DNA of 64,000 nucleotides from Octopus sinensis. Lineage: Eukaryota. The stretch spans positions 434,001-498,000 of the forward strand of contig NW_021832226.1 in the NCBI RefSeq assembly GCF_006345805.1, written 5' to 3'. Both the position numbers and the translations under genes were made by a program. The notes under the pieces are model-generated. The model searched no databases. It was given only the letters and a program-made list of their open reading frames with translations, and had not been told where the DNA came from. Shown here one piece after another: positions 38,123-52,975 of this stretch (positions are counted from its first letter, which is position 1; every line of letters begins with the position of its first letter).

Positions 38123-41100
38123 TTATTGTCTTTTACAATATTTGGCCAATCCTATCAGATTCACATTTATTCGTTCAACGACATTTGTTTTAAGTACTAA
38201 TATAACACGTGCGGAAACATTTGTTTGTTCACTCTCGTTATTTTCCAGAACATTATTATGTGGATTCCATGTTATTCTAATCACTTTAAACGAATTAGCT
38301 TCAACTAAACCCTACATTTGCTTCACATAATTATTTTTTACCTTGACTGTATCTATTTGAAATCCCATTGATATCGATGGTTGAAATTCCTCAATTACAA
38401 ATTCTGCATTCTATTGATAAAATATTTATTTTCATATAACTTTTTGTTGACTTACTGCCATTGACCGAATGCAGTGAACAAATAAGCTACGTTCGGAAAG
38501 GTCAAAGTTTTGACCATTATGATACGAATAAAAGTATAAAACGATTGAGCTTTCTTCTATGTATAAACATTATTAACTATAATACGTTTTGTTTCCAAAA
38601 TTCTATGTATTTCATTATCTTCAGAGATTTCCTCATCGGTTGTTACGTACAGCAAATTTTCTTTAGCTTTCCCTACAACTCTAAAGTCGATATAATTCAT
38701 CTTCACGATAAGGAAAAAAATTGTTTTACATGCTCAAATAATATTCTAAAATAGTCGGAAAAGCTGTTGCTGCTTCGGTCTGCAAAAAATGTCAACTTCA
38801 ATTGAGTTTCAGAATCTACTTAGTGGATAAATTTAGTTTACTCTCTAAAATTTGATCTCCACGAGGAGTTAAGTCGAAAACAGTTGTTCCATTATTATTT
38901 TGACTTCCTTAAATAATTAAAAATATAAAAACCGACAAAATGTTTTACTTTATCATAATCGCGAAATTCAATTTCGGTAGACCTACTTAGTTGTAATATT
39001 TTGTAAGAAACGTTGATTCCAACCGAATTATTTTTTAGCTAAAAATATTTTATTCTAGATTTTACTGTTATTATTTTTTCGACCCAATTATTAACAAGTA
39101 TCGCTCCCATTGATAAAAATCCAGTATTCACAGAACATTCAATAGATGGAGTAACACCTTCTCCAGTGACTGATATAATACAGCGAGATATTTTGTAGTC
39201 AAATTTGATGATATCATAATACTTAAATTAGTTTTAATAATATTATTTACTCCAGTTTCTTCTCTTGGTCTAAATCTTAATTTAATGGCACATTCATTTC
39301 CGGGAGGTATAGGTCTCAAGACATCTCTAATTGAAAAAACTTCTTGTTCGTCAAATGCAGTTGTTGTCAGCTTAAAAAATCGTGTTTCAAAACAGACCTG
39401 CAATGTTTTCGACGATGTGTTTAGAAATACAAGTTTTTTGTAAGTAGCCGTGTTAATGCATTTTCTTCCAAAATCAATATGTCGATTTCCTTCTGTAGAA
39501 ATTAAAAGTAACTCTGGTCGAATTACGGGGCATGATATTTCCAAATATAGTGTATATTTATCACTAATAAATATTTTAGAACAATTAACTTGTATGTCAA
39601 GTTGGTTTCATTTTGGTTTATTTCGTCCGAAATGAAACAAGGGACGTGCCAAGTTTTTACACTTTTTTCAAATTTGCTTAAAATATTATATGTTTCGTCT
39701 CTGACTTTTAACCAATTTAAGAATTAAAACTTTAATAATTTATTTGAAATTGGTTTATGATGATTGGATTCCACGTATTCTTCGGTATTATTCGACTAAT
39801 TTTTTTAATTTGATAATACCTTTTTAGAAATTAGTCGGTTATTTGTTTCACTTTGATATATTTCAGAAATTTCATTTTTCTCTGGAATCGGTTTTAATTC
39901 TATGTTTATTGGACATCTCTATTGAAATATTTATTTGAATATACTTCGCCTACTTTCACTAAACCAACTAACGGATTGATATTAAATGGAAGATTTGTAT
40001 CTTCTGGGATCATAAACTGAAATTTTCTATCTCCGACATTTGCTGGTTTGTCTAAACTAAAAATATAAACTGAAATACCATTTCCTATTTTTGGAAGACT
40101 GTGCAAGAACTCGTTGGTATCGACATGGTCATTTACAATACTCAATGTCAATATTGAAATATCAAAAAGAGCTGTTGGCTTAAATTGTATGAGATTGTGT
40201 GACAACTTCAACGGTGACTGAACTCCAACAGCTTTTATAAAAAGTTCAAAAGACCTTTATAAAGTAATAAAATAGTTGCACCTTCCATTCTCATTTTTAT
40301 ATATTATTTTTTCGTTATATAAACCAGCACGAGGAGCTGAAAAAATAAAATGTATTTCAATTGACTGTCCAGGAAGAACTGTTCCATAGCCATCATTAGG
40401 TTGAACTTCGACATACTAAATCAAAATCGATTAGTCGAAGGACCTCAGGTTTTTGTATGAAGCCATATTCAAGTGGTATAAGTGACTCGTTCCGTAAATG
40501 TGATGATCGCAGAACACTTTCTACATTCGTACAATATCCAAAGTCAATTTCATTATCATCCAAAGTCAGCTTATCATCGGTTATTATTGCATTAACATAA
40601 AATTCAATTTTATGTTTCTACTATAAATTTGATTTAATAAAACTTGATTCTTGACATTCACAATTACTGGAACTTGCATTATTGATAATTCGTTGTGAAA
40701 ATATTTAGATGAGAGGTTCAATATAGATAGTCTCGAATGTTTAATAAAAATGAAACTTTGGCAATAATTTTACTTGAGCTATAAAAGATGATTTTGCTTG
40801 AATGTATCCCATAGCTGGTTTTACGCTTAAGAAATCTGCAAAGTCGTCCGGTACTTTGAAATTTATTTGCAACGACGTATTCGCCCTGTTCATTATTTAA
40901 AATGGATACCGGTTATTTAAAATTACCGAATCTTGATATAACTTATTGACTGTGCATATGTCAAATTGAAGAGTTGTATTTTTAATATAAACTGGCAAAT
41001 CGGAAGCGTTTCCTTTAACCACGAAATCTATCTATCATTTATTAAAAAAATTATTTTACAGCGTATTGGTCATCTGGATAGTCCGTAAAAGAAATAGTGA

Positions 41101-43524
41101 ATTCTTCTTCGTATTCTTTCGCAATATTTGGAGACCAGGTGATTAAAATTTCAATATACGAAAATGGCTTCAAGTTTCCAGTTTCATTTTCAAAAATTTC
41201 GAAAGTATCTTAAATAAAATTTATAAAAATACTTTCTAAATTGAGCTCTGTCATATTACAACTTTCTACAGCAGAACCATCTGAATTCGTTCCATCGTGG
41301 TTAACGTTTAAATCTTTTGAATTATTTAATGTCTGATTTTGTATAAACAGTGATTCGGCATTTATAGATTCTATATTCCTTTCTTTTCTTTCAATTTGAA
41401 AGTCGCTTGCTAATGCTCCCATATTTTTTAGTTTTATGGATTTAATTCGAGTTTCCCCTATTATTAAACTACCAAATTCTAATGTTCGATCAGTCACTGA
41501 TGGCTAATAGTAATAATTTTCAAACATTCACCAAAAACGTCTTGGTCTTACATATTAACGGGATTTCAAAAATTCCATTAGTGCTACTGAAGGATATTTT
41601 TCCAGACAAATCTTCATTTATCTATAATGAATAGTCCATTTTTAAACGAATACTTTAGGTTTGAAAGACACACTGAACTCCCATTCCATTCCTGGTGATA
41701 TTTTTCCTGGTATTTTAAAACTAAGTTGGAGGTTAAAAATAGATTTATGACTCAATATGAATAAAATCATTTAATCTTGTATCGCCAGTCACTTTTAAAA
41801 ATCGGCATGAAGATATATTTGTTGACGTGTTTATTAAGGAAACTGTTTTTATATATTTTTCACCGACGTCAAAATCCTTTTAAAGTTTTACTAAAAGGAA
41901 AATACTAAAAATAATATTTCGTTTGGTTTGCTTGTAAACTCGACTTCATTCACACTGTTTAGTTCTTTATTTGTTTTTTTACTGTCGTTGTTCTTAAAAT
42001 AATTAACAATAAAATTGCTTTAAATGTTTCAAATTTACGCGACTCAGCAATTTCTTCAAATTCCGACAATTTTCCCCATAGACCAGAAAATTCAGGAACT
42101 GAAATATTTTTTCCTAGATTTGTATCTAACATTGAAATGAATAAAATAAAACCATTGGAAATGTTAAAGCAATTATTTTGATTTTCAGAAAAACATTCAT
42201 CGCTACTTAGATTACTAAACTGTTCAACTTCAGGAGCGTTCAGAATAGAAAGTCTAAGGGCGTGGATTTAATTGAAAAATTTCTCATACTTGTTAATGTA
42301 TTTCGAATAATCATCGTGGAATTTAGTCTCGCGATTTTTCATTTCGATTTGATTCTATCTCAAATTATATCATTTGTACTTTATTTTTAACATCGTCTAT
42401 TTTAGAAAAATCATGTATTTTAGTAAATAAATAAGGTTGTCGCTCCTTCATTCGATTCTGGTAATTACGTTCATTCGTCAGTTTTGTTGCAACGTTAACA
42501 CAAGCAAGGTTTTGTTTTAACTTGAATTCTCTATGTATTAATACTTTTATATGGATTAAACCTGGCTTTTTTATTTCTTTTTTCTAGTTCTTTTTGTTTA
42601 CATAATTCATATACAGGATTTTTTCCTTCAGAAATCATTTTTGAAATTAAAAGTTTATTTTTTTGATTGGTTTTTTCTTTCATATGATTTTTATATCGCT
42701 GAGTAAATTTCATATTTTCCTTTAAATTTTACTTTTATTTTTAACTTTCATTTGAGCTAAATTTGATTGAAGACTTTTAAAATTATTGATTCTCTGATCG
42801 AACTCTTTCTCGAGAATTTCTAATTCCGCTGTTCTAGCGTTAAATATTCTAAAAATTTATTCTAAGCTAAAAATCACTTTTTACAACTTTTCTGATAGTA
42901 AGGTTTGATAAAATTTTGGGATTCATGTCCATTTTTCTTAATGTTAGTACTTTTTTCAACTTTTGATCTTTTTAATAAAATTTGAGTAATGCTAACGGTT
43001 TTTTCATTTTATCATTTTTAAATGAAATTGTATTACTAAACACTGTTCTTGAAAAATCGTTATTTTTGGTAGTTTGATTATAACCAACATTTTTCTTTAA
43101 GAGTTCTTGATCCATCTGAGCTTTTTTTAATGTTATACTATTGGTTTGACCACAAAATATGAAATACTCATTAGCTTCTATTTCTTTTTTAAGATTTATT
43201 TCCATTTCCAAATGTTTATTTAGTTCTTTCATTATGCAGTTATATCTTTTTGAAAGGCGTTCCTTCCGAACCCTAAAATAAAAAAAATATCATACATGTC
43301 TTCAGATTCTAAACTTTCTTTTAATTCCAAAAAAGTCTGATCTCGTTGTGATTCTAATTCATTTATGTTGTTCTGACAATCATTTATTACATTACTAATT
43401 TTTGTAACTTTTTTATACATCATTACCTTAATTTTTCATGATTTTTATTGATTTCGACTATTAAATTGGAACTTTCTTTGACAATTTTTCTTATATCTTG
43501 ATTTCCACTCATATTTATCACCAT
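38123..43524 (-). CDS. CFAP74: Cilia- and flagella-associated protein 74-like (N-terminal coiled coil plus Ig/ASH-like repeats), many tiny introns
   Basis: KDFDVGEKYIKTVSLINTS...DFIHIE|FKIPGKISPGM..FKPK|INEDLSGKISF matches the recalled CFAP74 KDFDVGK..DFIHVDFDPPG..FKPMINKDLEGNISF. Also LEFGSLIIGET and IDFGRKC. Start uncertain. Confidence 0.75.
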
Positions 43525-43649
43525 GGTCTTTATATTTTGTTTCCAAAGAAATGAATTAGTACTATTAAATATTATTTAATTTTCAATATAATATTTAAAA
43601 GGGAAATTCAGCATTTAAAAAATTATTGTTCAACAGTTTTTTGAAAAAT

Positions 43650-44271
43650 TTTACATTAAGAATAATTTATAAGTTCAGTGAATTATAACAGGAGAGAAGA
43701 TGAGTTTCTTCGAATAAGCGCGAGCTAGATGGAGAAAATGAGTAGCGGAAATTATCTCCCAAATAAGAGGAAGACCAGAATTTTATGAGAAAATACTAAT
43801 CTGACTATTTCCATCTCCTACGTTCAGGCTAGTTAGCTCGACGTCGAATAGAAAGCTAGTCAATTCCTAGACATTTCAATATCTCTTTAATTGTTATGGA
43901 CTCTGTCTGCAAGATAAAGTGTGAAAATTTTTAGAATTGACAACTCGTGACAGGTGTCAAGCCCTAATCGGAGTTGCACTCAGATTTTTATTACCACATT
44001 TCAAAAGAGCGGGAATGAAGGACGTCAAGGCACAAAGCTGAGCATAAAATAGCAAATGAGCGAAACTAAGATAATAGTCTTTGTTAGAGTTTAAACTAGC
44101 TTTGAAAAAGATTTTCGTAATTTCCCTCTTACAAAGAACGCTGAGAGCAAGAATTGAGAGACATACCGGTAGCGCCCATGCGCGGTCATAAAAATAGGTT
44201 TTGAGGATTTTTTTAAAGTTTTTTAAAAGATTGCTACATAAGAAGCCGTATACTGATGGTGAATTATTCAA
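43650..44271 (-). CDS. Probable intron-containing gene of unknown product
   Basis: 104-aa ORF plus a downstream reading FDVELTSLNVGDG...LIWEIISATHFLHLARAYSKKLIF. No family recognised. Confidence 0.35.
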
Positions 44272-44490
44272 GGAGGTAATTCAGATATTTGCAAATGAAT
44301 GTTGTATTAGCACAATACAAGACATTTCTAGAAAATTAACGCTCGTTTTATAGACTCTAAAGGATTTCTACGCTGATACGACTCTTGATTATAATTCTGC
44401 ATCCCGTACATAACCCTTATACACTGTAGTTCGTGACGGAAATAAAACTCTTAGTAATAACAGAAATAAATTGTAATAATCCCCGATAAC

Positions 44491-44697
44491 GCGTATTTTA
44501 TCGATTATAACACGCATATTTTTGCTATAAAATTTCTCGATTTTAACGTGAATCGAAAATAACACGAATGAAATTTTTGGCCAAAAACATCTGGAAAACC
44601 CAGTAATCGAATATAGTGCGCACCTAAAGTTTCCAGCAGACGAAAATCAGAAATTTAATATAGCAAAAATCTGAGTGTTATAATCAAGAAAATACGG
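44491..44697. mobile_element. MITE (about 205 bp) with pogo-like TIRs
   Basis: Imperfect roughly 50-bp inverted repeats CGTATTTTATCGATTATAACAC.../...GTGTTATAATCAAGAAAATACGG followed by TA. Confidence 0.75.
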
Positions 44698-44944
44698 TAG
44701 CTTTTCGTTAATAAGAGTGACATATTTAGCTTTCTATTTTAGTCGGACTTTTCTAACCTTTCACGTTTTGCCCTCAAAGATTAATTTCAGAAAATTGTAC
44801 TCTGCATCATCTTTAACAAACATTCTGATATAGATCATTAGGTTAGCGTAATTATTTTAACGTTGATTATTATTTTAGGGCAATTCATGACGGCGCTCAG
44901 TATTTTGACTAGAGCAACCAAAATTCAATACATTTTTACAAAAT

Positions 44945-45020
44945 AATTATTCAGCTTCGCCAGCGCATCGGCCTGGCCATTGTTCGGGGCAACGCACACT
45001 GCGTCCTCGCCGCTGGAACT
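44945..45020 (+). mobile_element. Very short CRE-like tail
   Basis: LRQRIGLAIVRGNAHCVLAAGT*. Confidence 0.75.
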
Positions 45021-46229
45021 TAACGATTTTCGGTGTTAGTTGTTTTTGTAAATAAAAAAAATTATTCAGCTATACAAAATATTAGAAATACACGTAAAAA
45101 CTTTCATTTTGAAAGTTTTTTTATGTCAATTTTGTCAATTTTTGTGTCATTTTTTAAATTTCCGTCTAAAAATTAAAAAAATCTTTTTATCCTAACATGT
45201 ATTAATATGTAACATGTATTAGAAAATTTGATTCAAAATTTTTGCATTAAAAATAAAACTAAATTATCCTGTAGTAGATAATGTAATGGTCACATAAAAA
45301 ACTTTTTCTGAAAATAATAGTCGAAGGCAATTATTTGCTGAAATAAAACCACTTCTTAACTTTCCAATGATTTAAGGAAATATGGAATCAATATTCTCAC
45401 TTTTTGATGCTCTTAGTGATATTGTGTCCAAGAACTTTTTATCTAGAAAGCTTACAATTTTTCCGAGAACACTCGATCTACAGGAAGATACATATATCGA
45501 GAAGAGAATGAACTCAAATAAAATTCTAAAAATTGCTAACGAAGATAAATTTGTTGGCTTTGGAAAAGTTTCAACTGCTTAAGTTCTTTATAAAATTTTG
45601 GCTAAAGACAAAAATTTTTTAACTGGGAACGTTAAATAGTATATGATTCTATATCATTCATGTTTCTATAAAAAAATTAGTGTCTAAAAATTATATATAA
45701 ATTCTTTTGAGATTTAATTTTGGTCAACTTTCTTCTTTTTAGGATCAACTTTGTTGACTATTAGGAGGTTAATTTTTGATTTTTAGGCAACCTGTGATTT
45801 CCCTAATTATGAAACATGTCATTGTTTAACCCTCGGCTCGGTTTCACTCTCAGTTCGACAATATATATACGTACTTCCGCAAAAACAGAGACACGCATGT
45901 ACATGAGTCTTCACTTGTGTCATTCAAACAGTTTTCAAGTTCCAAAGAAAACAAGAAGGTTAATTACAATATATTTCACAAAAATATATATCTCAAAATA
46001 TATTTTAAAACCGGGAAAAGTTTGGATTTGTTATCCATAAAGATCTCCGTTTTACACAAAATTTTATATAATATTGATCTGTTGGTTACGATTCACCTCG
46101 ACGTTAGATAAGAACACAACATTTAATGATTGACCTCGCATTATTCTAGAGACCAATTAATTAATTTTTCAAGAAACAATAATTAATAAATCTGCGTACT
46201 CCTTTTTATCTTCAATCGATGGGTACTCA

Positions 46230-47040
46230 CCTTTCGTTATTTTATTTGCACTCTAGATTTGAAGGTATTCTACAGTTGGTAGAAAATTTTAGGACATATT
46301 AGAGGACCATTAAATTTCCCATAAAATTAAATAAATTAACAATTAGTATATTTATTAAAATAACTATTAATTCTTTCAACCAAATTGTTAAAATGATAGT
46401 TGGTTGCCAAAACCTAAAAAAGTTAAAAAAAACAAAATTTACCAGATCATTAAATCCATTTGCAATTAATGAAAGTCTTTCATTTTGTTCCTCACATTTA
46501 GACTGAATATTTAGCAATAAAAAACTTTTATCAATAAATAATTTTTGAATAATTCGTGCAATTCATTTTCTTTTAAAAACACATCTTAAATTATATTTAA
46601 CTTTTATGTACTTTGGAGCTTGTCTTGGGAAATATAGCACTGATTTTCACATATCTTTTTAATATCGGCCAATAACGACAAATTGGCTAAAATAATTGTT
46701 ATTAAAACAAACAAATGAGCTTATTAAATTGTGATTTAAATTCTGGATTCGTAATGCTATCGACAATGTTCAACAAGTCGTGAATATCTATGAATAGTTT
46801 AAATATTTGAAAACTCGTTAAATCTTCATAAGTAGATGAAGTAATTTTTATATTTTTATTAATTGTTTCGTCAATTTCAATAAGATTATCAGATAACTAG
46901 AATAAATTTGTTTTAGTGTTAAAAACTGTTTTTTCTGGAATTTTAACATATGAGTTGTCATCTTCTCCTGAAGAAAGTAAGATAAGATTATTTAATCGTT
47001 TTTCTAACGAAGTTAAACAATTAGATGCATTTTTGTTCAT
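46230..47040 (-). CDS. Coiled-coil gene, possibly dynactin p22/p24 (DCTN3-like)
   Basis: MNKNASNCLTSLEKRLNNL..., then several short exons with heptad character. End uncertain. Confidence 0.35.
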
Positions 47041-47149
47041 TATATTACTTAATATATTGATTGTACAAAACAACACAACAAACTAAATAAATAGTCAAGC
47101 TAAAAATTAATATAGAAAATAATATTTGATTTTTTAAATATTTTTTTAT

Positions 47150-47760
47150 AGGTTTAATTATTTTACTACAAGGATTCAAATACAATTTTAGTATTTATTT
47201 TCGGGTCTCATAGGGGTTTAGAATAATGTTTTTTTATAGGTCTCTGGTAAGCTTTCTCGTTCGAATTTGTTTAAATAAATCTTTCGCCAAAAATCCCTGA
47301 ACATTTGATAAATTATTTAGTAAAGAAATTTTTTTATAGAGTCAACCCTCTTTAGAATCAACAAAACGTCCACTTCGAAACAGCATGGAATTCAATATCG
47401 ATTTTTGAATTTCTTAAGTCATCCATTTGATGCTTGAAATCCTTGAATATTACAAACTTTCGCCATTTTTAGAGACATGGACTTCAAAAGATATTCATGG
47501 ATTGTAAATCCAAATGATCATTTTTTAACGAACCATTCAAATAGATCTCTATCGAATGGTTAAGACTTTGGCAAGTAAATTTTTTTCTTTTTTGATCATT
47601 TTGAAATGTAAGTATTCCTTCTGAATTTTGTTTATGGAGCCCAGAGAAACATTGAAATAAAGGGATAAATCACGCTGTTTGTAATGTCTATTTTTATAAA
47701 TTCGATTATTTCCTTCTTTAGAAAAACAGACAGGTGTTTTCGATTTTCCACCATGCTAAC
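47150..47760 (-). mobile_element. pogo/Tigger remnant
   Basis: GFQASNG*LKKFKNR CENP-B HTH motif with stops. Confidence 0.65.
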
Positions 47761-47949
47761 AACTGTAGGACTATTCTTTGATTGTGAACACCAAAATATT
47801 TAAATAAATAATATTAATACTAAAAATATCAATTTATAACTGACACAATATTTGTCGTTTGTTGCTCTCTATTAGTGCTAGTTGATTAGAACTCGAAAAC
47901 TTTTTTATATTGTTGTTATGCACATATGCATGTAGTTATTCTTTATTTT

Positions 47950-50900
47950 CTATGATGAATTGGGACCTGTACTGATAATAGTTGAGAATAAATGCTCAAA
48001 TGAGAAATTTTTTGTGTTAATAATATTCCCAACTGAGGGTATTTAAAATTATGTTTAAAGTACTGTTTTATCTCAAAATGACAAATGTAAAGAATAACCT
48101 AATAATCAATTTTTACATCATAATGATCACAATATTTTACAAATACTTATTTCTTGGTTAATTAATGTTGACCGGTTCATAATGAGATACGGTTGATACG
48201 ATGTTATTAAAAGATCGAATTAATATTCTGATTCAAAATAATTACAATAAATGCAAACGTTCCGAATTAATGATGACTTTAATTTTGAAAAAATGATGTT
48301 TTATATTTGAACCATGTTGTTAAAATAGTAAATTATTTACAACATTAGCAAATTATAATGTGAAATTTTTAATGTATAAATGCAACATTAGCAAATTACA
48401 AGTTTGTAACAATAACTCTAATCTTAACTTTAACTTAACTATATGATTTCAACGTTATTTATAAACATATTCATCATAAAAAGACAATAAAGAAAACAGA
48501 CCATAATCCCTGATTACCTATAACCCTGACGCAACCCGATAAATGATAACTGACGCTGACCTAATGAATTAACCCTAACCCTAAAACCCTAATGATAATG
48601 ACCCTAATGTAATAATGATAACTGACCCTAACCTAATATGATTAACGGCATTCACATTTAATCGATAACGCCACTTACGGTCGTTTAACGGCTCGTATTC
48701 ATGGGCTCGTATTCAAGGTCACAATTAATTTCTACCAATATATAGGATTCAATGAAAGACTCGGTGTCAAGCTATATTGAACAAAATTCAACATACGGAA
48801 ATGAAATCATATCCGTTATTTCTCGAATTAAATAAACCATACAAAACTATTATTCTTAATTACTGAATTCTTTTTTACTTTACTAGTAGTCATTATTAAT
48901 TTTTAAATCAAAAATAGAATTGAAAACTCGTGATATTGTCATAGCAAAATATCAATTACAATCGATAACATGGATTTATTTTGATTAAATCGTTACTTAT
49001 TTTATTTGTTGTGAAGATTTGAAAAATGCTAATCATACTTGTTTTTATTAGTTCTGTCAAAAATAACGACTATCATATTCATGTTGAGGTATTTTACGAA
49101 TTCTTACAAGTTTTGTTTAGCAACAAAATAATTATAAATGGTTAAAAGTTACAAATTGTTCTAGTCGTTGTGGCTCCGGATTTCTTATTGAACAACTTAA
49201 ATGCAAGTATTTTTTGTTCCTCATATTTCTAAGTGATAAAACTATATGTGACCGAATTCAAATGAGATACTCAGATTGTAGTCAAAAAGTAAAATTGTTA
49301 AATTATATTGTTTCAGAAATGCATCGGAGAAGAACAAGATTTTTTAGAAATGCAGTGCTCGCGATTTAATTCTGTTCGATTTTCAAACAAAAAATATAAT
49401 TGGAAATCACTGATTTTGCAATCTGAACAATGCAGACTTTATTGCTTTCCATCTAACAAGCAATTCTACAGCCTTCTATCAGATAAAGTACTAGATAACA
49501 CTCCATGTCGCAATCCACTACCTGGGCTTTGTATTAATGGAATTTGTCACGTATTAAATTACTAAAAAATTAATACAGCAATATGAATGTGACAATAATA
49601 CTGAAATATGTCATCCATGTAATAAACATCCCTCAAAATGCAGAAGAATTGAAAAAAACATTTTAGTGAATGACCAAAAATCTAGTTGGAATTTTAAAAT
49701 AAGTTAGAATATCGTGACGTTGTCTTTCTTCCGTTAGGTGCGTATGAAGTCTATGTTGAGATAAAAAATAGAATACCTTCATGTTTTCTTGGTTATCATA
49801 ATTCAATTTTTAAAACATAAAAGCACTTAGAAAATTAGATGGAATTGTTGTCCTTAATTCAAACTGGACTGCCACTCAATTGGATGTTATACAGAATGGA
49901 AAAAAGTCATATATTCACTATAAATGTGGAGTCAATTCAGAAAACATAGAAGTCATTCACTCGCAAGCACCTTTAAAGAATAATTATTTTGTAATGGTTA
50001 CAAATAGTAGTACAAAATAGATTAGATTGCCGGATCATTATCAAATAAAACACTTAATATTCATTATTCATATACTTATGATTTTGAAGATATTAACAAT
50101 AATACTATTAAATATAAATGGAAATTCAAAAATATTGATGAGTGTTACAGTGGATGTCATGAAAGTAATTCTTTAAAAAATTCGATAGAAATCATAAAAC
50201 TGGAATATTTTTGCCAAGATATATATTCGAAATCAATCGTGTTTGAAAGTTTGTGTGACATTAGAAAACGACCAGTTGGATTTAAAAAATGTCAAACAAA
50301 TTGCAGTATCAAGTTTAGGCTTTAAATATATTTGTATAGATGGGAAATTTCAAATTGGTCAATATGTGCTTATTCATGTCCCTATCTTTACCGAAAAAGA
50401 ACTATTAAATGTATTGATGCTCTTAACAAAACAATTTTTCCAAACAAAAAATGTGCACAAATTTACGGAAAATATATCAAATCGAAAGAAAGTTGTCTCA
50501 ATAATTCTAAATATACATGTCCTCGTTTTGATATAACAAAGTGGTCCGAGGTAATTATTATATATTCTTATAATTTTTGAAAATCATATTGATTATTCGA
50601 TTATAGTGTTTTAAGTGGAGAAATAACCAGGAAATAAAAATTGGTTTAGTAAAGTGTCTTTCAATAGAAATTGAAAAAAATAAAACTCATATTTTAGACA
50701 GAAATGAATGTTTTTCACCGAAACCTAAAACTATTCAAACTTGCAATTTTAGGCAGAATCAAGTAGAAACAGCTGGAATGACATCATGTGAATATTCAAT
50801 TTTCGGGTGTTGTCCCGATGGTGTCAATCAAGCTAAAGGATTGAATTTTGAGGGATGTCCGTTTTTAAAAAGTAATATAAATTTAATTTTATTAAAGATT

Positions 50901-51914
50901 TTAGTATGTGCTTGATATTGCCTGAGAAAGGATCATGCTCGGGATATCAACTACGTTGGTACTACAATATTAAAACTGGAGATTGCAAAACATTTGTTTA
51001 TGGCGGTTGCAAAGGAAATGAAAATAATTTTAAAACTCTTTTTTCGTGTAGAATGACCTGTGAGTATCCACTTTATCGAGGTTTAGACACTACTCAATAA
51101 TTAATAGAACCATGCCAAATGGCGAACCCCAAAGTTAAAGAAAATCTAAAAAATAAATTTTCATCATTATTTTATTATGATATTCATATTTCGAAATGTA
51201 AACAATTAAAGCACGTCGATTTTTCACCACAAATTAATTTTAATGTTTTCACAAATTTAAATGAGTGTGAAAACAAATGTATTCATACGGAAAATAAAAG
51301 TAATAAAATGGTTAAAGATTATTTTTATTAGAATTTGATTGTGTTGAGAAACTTAATTACGGAAATTGTAATAGTTTCACGGAAAAATGGTATTTTGATA
51401 TAAAAGAATTGTCGTGCAACAAAATCAATTATGGCGAGTGCAAAAAGCATGCAAATAACTTTGACACAGATTTTGAATGCCGGGAAGAATGCCTAACACC
51501 ATCAGTATTAGGTTTGAAAAATTAGAAAGTATAATATAGGATTGTGTTATCAACCACCAAGGTATGGAAATGGAAATAAAAGTTTAAAAAGTTGGTATTT
51601 TGATACAAAAACTGTACAATGTACCAAATTTATTTATTCCGGAGCGGGTGGAAACCAAAACCGCTTTGATAGTCGTGGTGAATGTATACAAGTATGCGAA
51701 AAATCATTTCTTAATAATCATGGTATTTACTAATTTAACTATAAAAGGAAAGGAATGTTTTTCAGTTGCTGATTATGGAAATTGTAAAGGAAAAGTATTG
51801 CGATATTATCACAAGAATGGAATTTGTCATCCTTTTTACTATAGTGGTTGTGGAGGCAATAATAATAATTTCATAAATATTAACGAATGCAAAAAATATT
51901 GCATTGATATCTGA
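47950..51914 (+). CDS. Papilin-like ECM protein: TSP1, ADAMTS Cys-rich/spacer, TSP1-like, CCPDG repeat, about 5 Kunitz domains
   Basis: CSSRCGSG, QCSRFN...CRLYC...LCINGIC, GCCPDGVNQAKGLNFEGC, and Kunitz patterns such as GSC..YQLRWYY...CKTFVYGGCKGNENNF...C...C. Start uncertain. Confidence 0.82.
48170..48722. repeat. Intronic insertion with TAACCC telomere-like tract; related to the 32.2-33.8 kb repeat
   Basis: TAACCCTAACCCTAAAACCC at about 48570. 48320-48395 is the reverse complement of 33694-33780. Ends TGTTGACC / GGTCACA. Confidence 0.65.
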
Positions 51915-52254
51915 TCAAATATCTTTCTCAGATTTATATGATTCTCATTTTAGATATTACATATCAAACTATACTAACTGTCCCATTCTTGTAATCGAAA
52001 TCGTTTAAAAATTAATTACAGCACCTATAATCTGTTTTTATATTATTAACATCCTTAATTTTATTATCAGATAAGCTATTTACTGCTTGCAATTAAATAG
52101 CAAATTTAATTATGCTTTCTGAAAAATATATTCATGTCTTGAATAAGACTGGAAAGAGTTTCAGACATAAAGAAATGATATCAGTTGGCCCGACAGTGAT
52201 TATAATTATTCACATAATGCTTATTTATATTTTTTAATATAGCGTAGAATAAAC

Positions 52255-52975
52255 ATTTTTAATAAAAGAAAATCAGAAACTAGCAGAGCTATATCAGACC
52301 TGGGGGTCAGCCGACGAAGACGCACTGCGAATTGAGAGGCAGTTCCCGCGTAGAATAGAGACCGAGACGCGCTGGAAGAGCCAGCTCACCTCACTCCGAT
52401 CATGGGTCTTCAAGGCAATTTTATCGTCGAGCATTCGTAAAAACCTCTAGGCTCCTTACCGACCACCCCAGTGGTCTCAAAAGCAAGGGGGACAAACTCG
52501 TAAGCGCCTGAAAGGAGAGTGTATTTCGACATGCTGTCCAGGACAACATCGTCTCGGAAAAAGAATCTACACAGGTCACGTCTTAAACGAGTGACCTACC
52601 TCCCTTGAAAGGGAACGTCGGGACGTTTCCCGTCGTTCCGAAGGAGTCCAACAGGTTCCACTGTAGACGGGAATCCGGTGGAATCCAAAGCCCTCTTCAT
52701 GACATCATTGAGAATTGCATGGCGCGGCCAGCACTCTTCTTGCATGACAACGCGTGTAACCCGTTTTTTGAGATTATCGAACCACACCGACAACAATGCG
52801 GTTGGCATATGTCCAATCCCAGTCGCAAACAAACGCAGATACAGACAGCTTCATCCTCCAGAAGACCATTAGACGCCAGTGGGAGAGCATTTAATTGATC
52901 CCCAGAATGAGGCTGACAGGCGCAGTTCAACGACGCCAACTGCATCTGGTCGGCTTGCGAGCGAAAACGTTCCAC
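52255..52975 (-). mobile_element. CRE-like 3' fragment
   Basis: [25 protein letters not shown] and ILRGNCLSIRSASSAD*. Confidence 0.9.
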
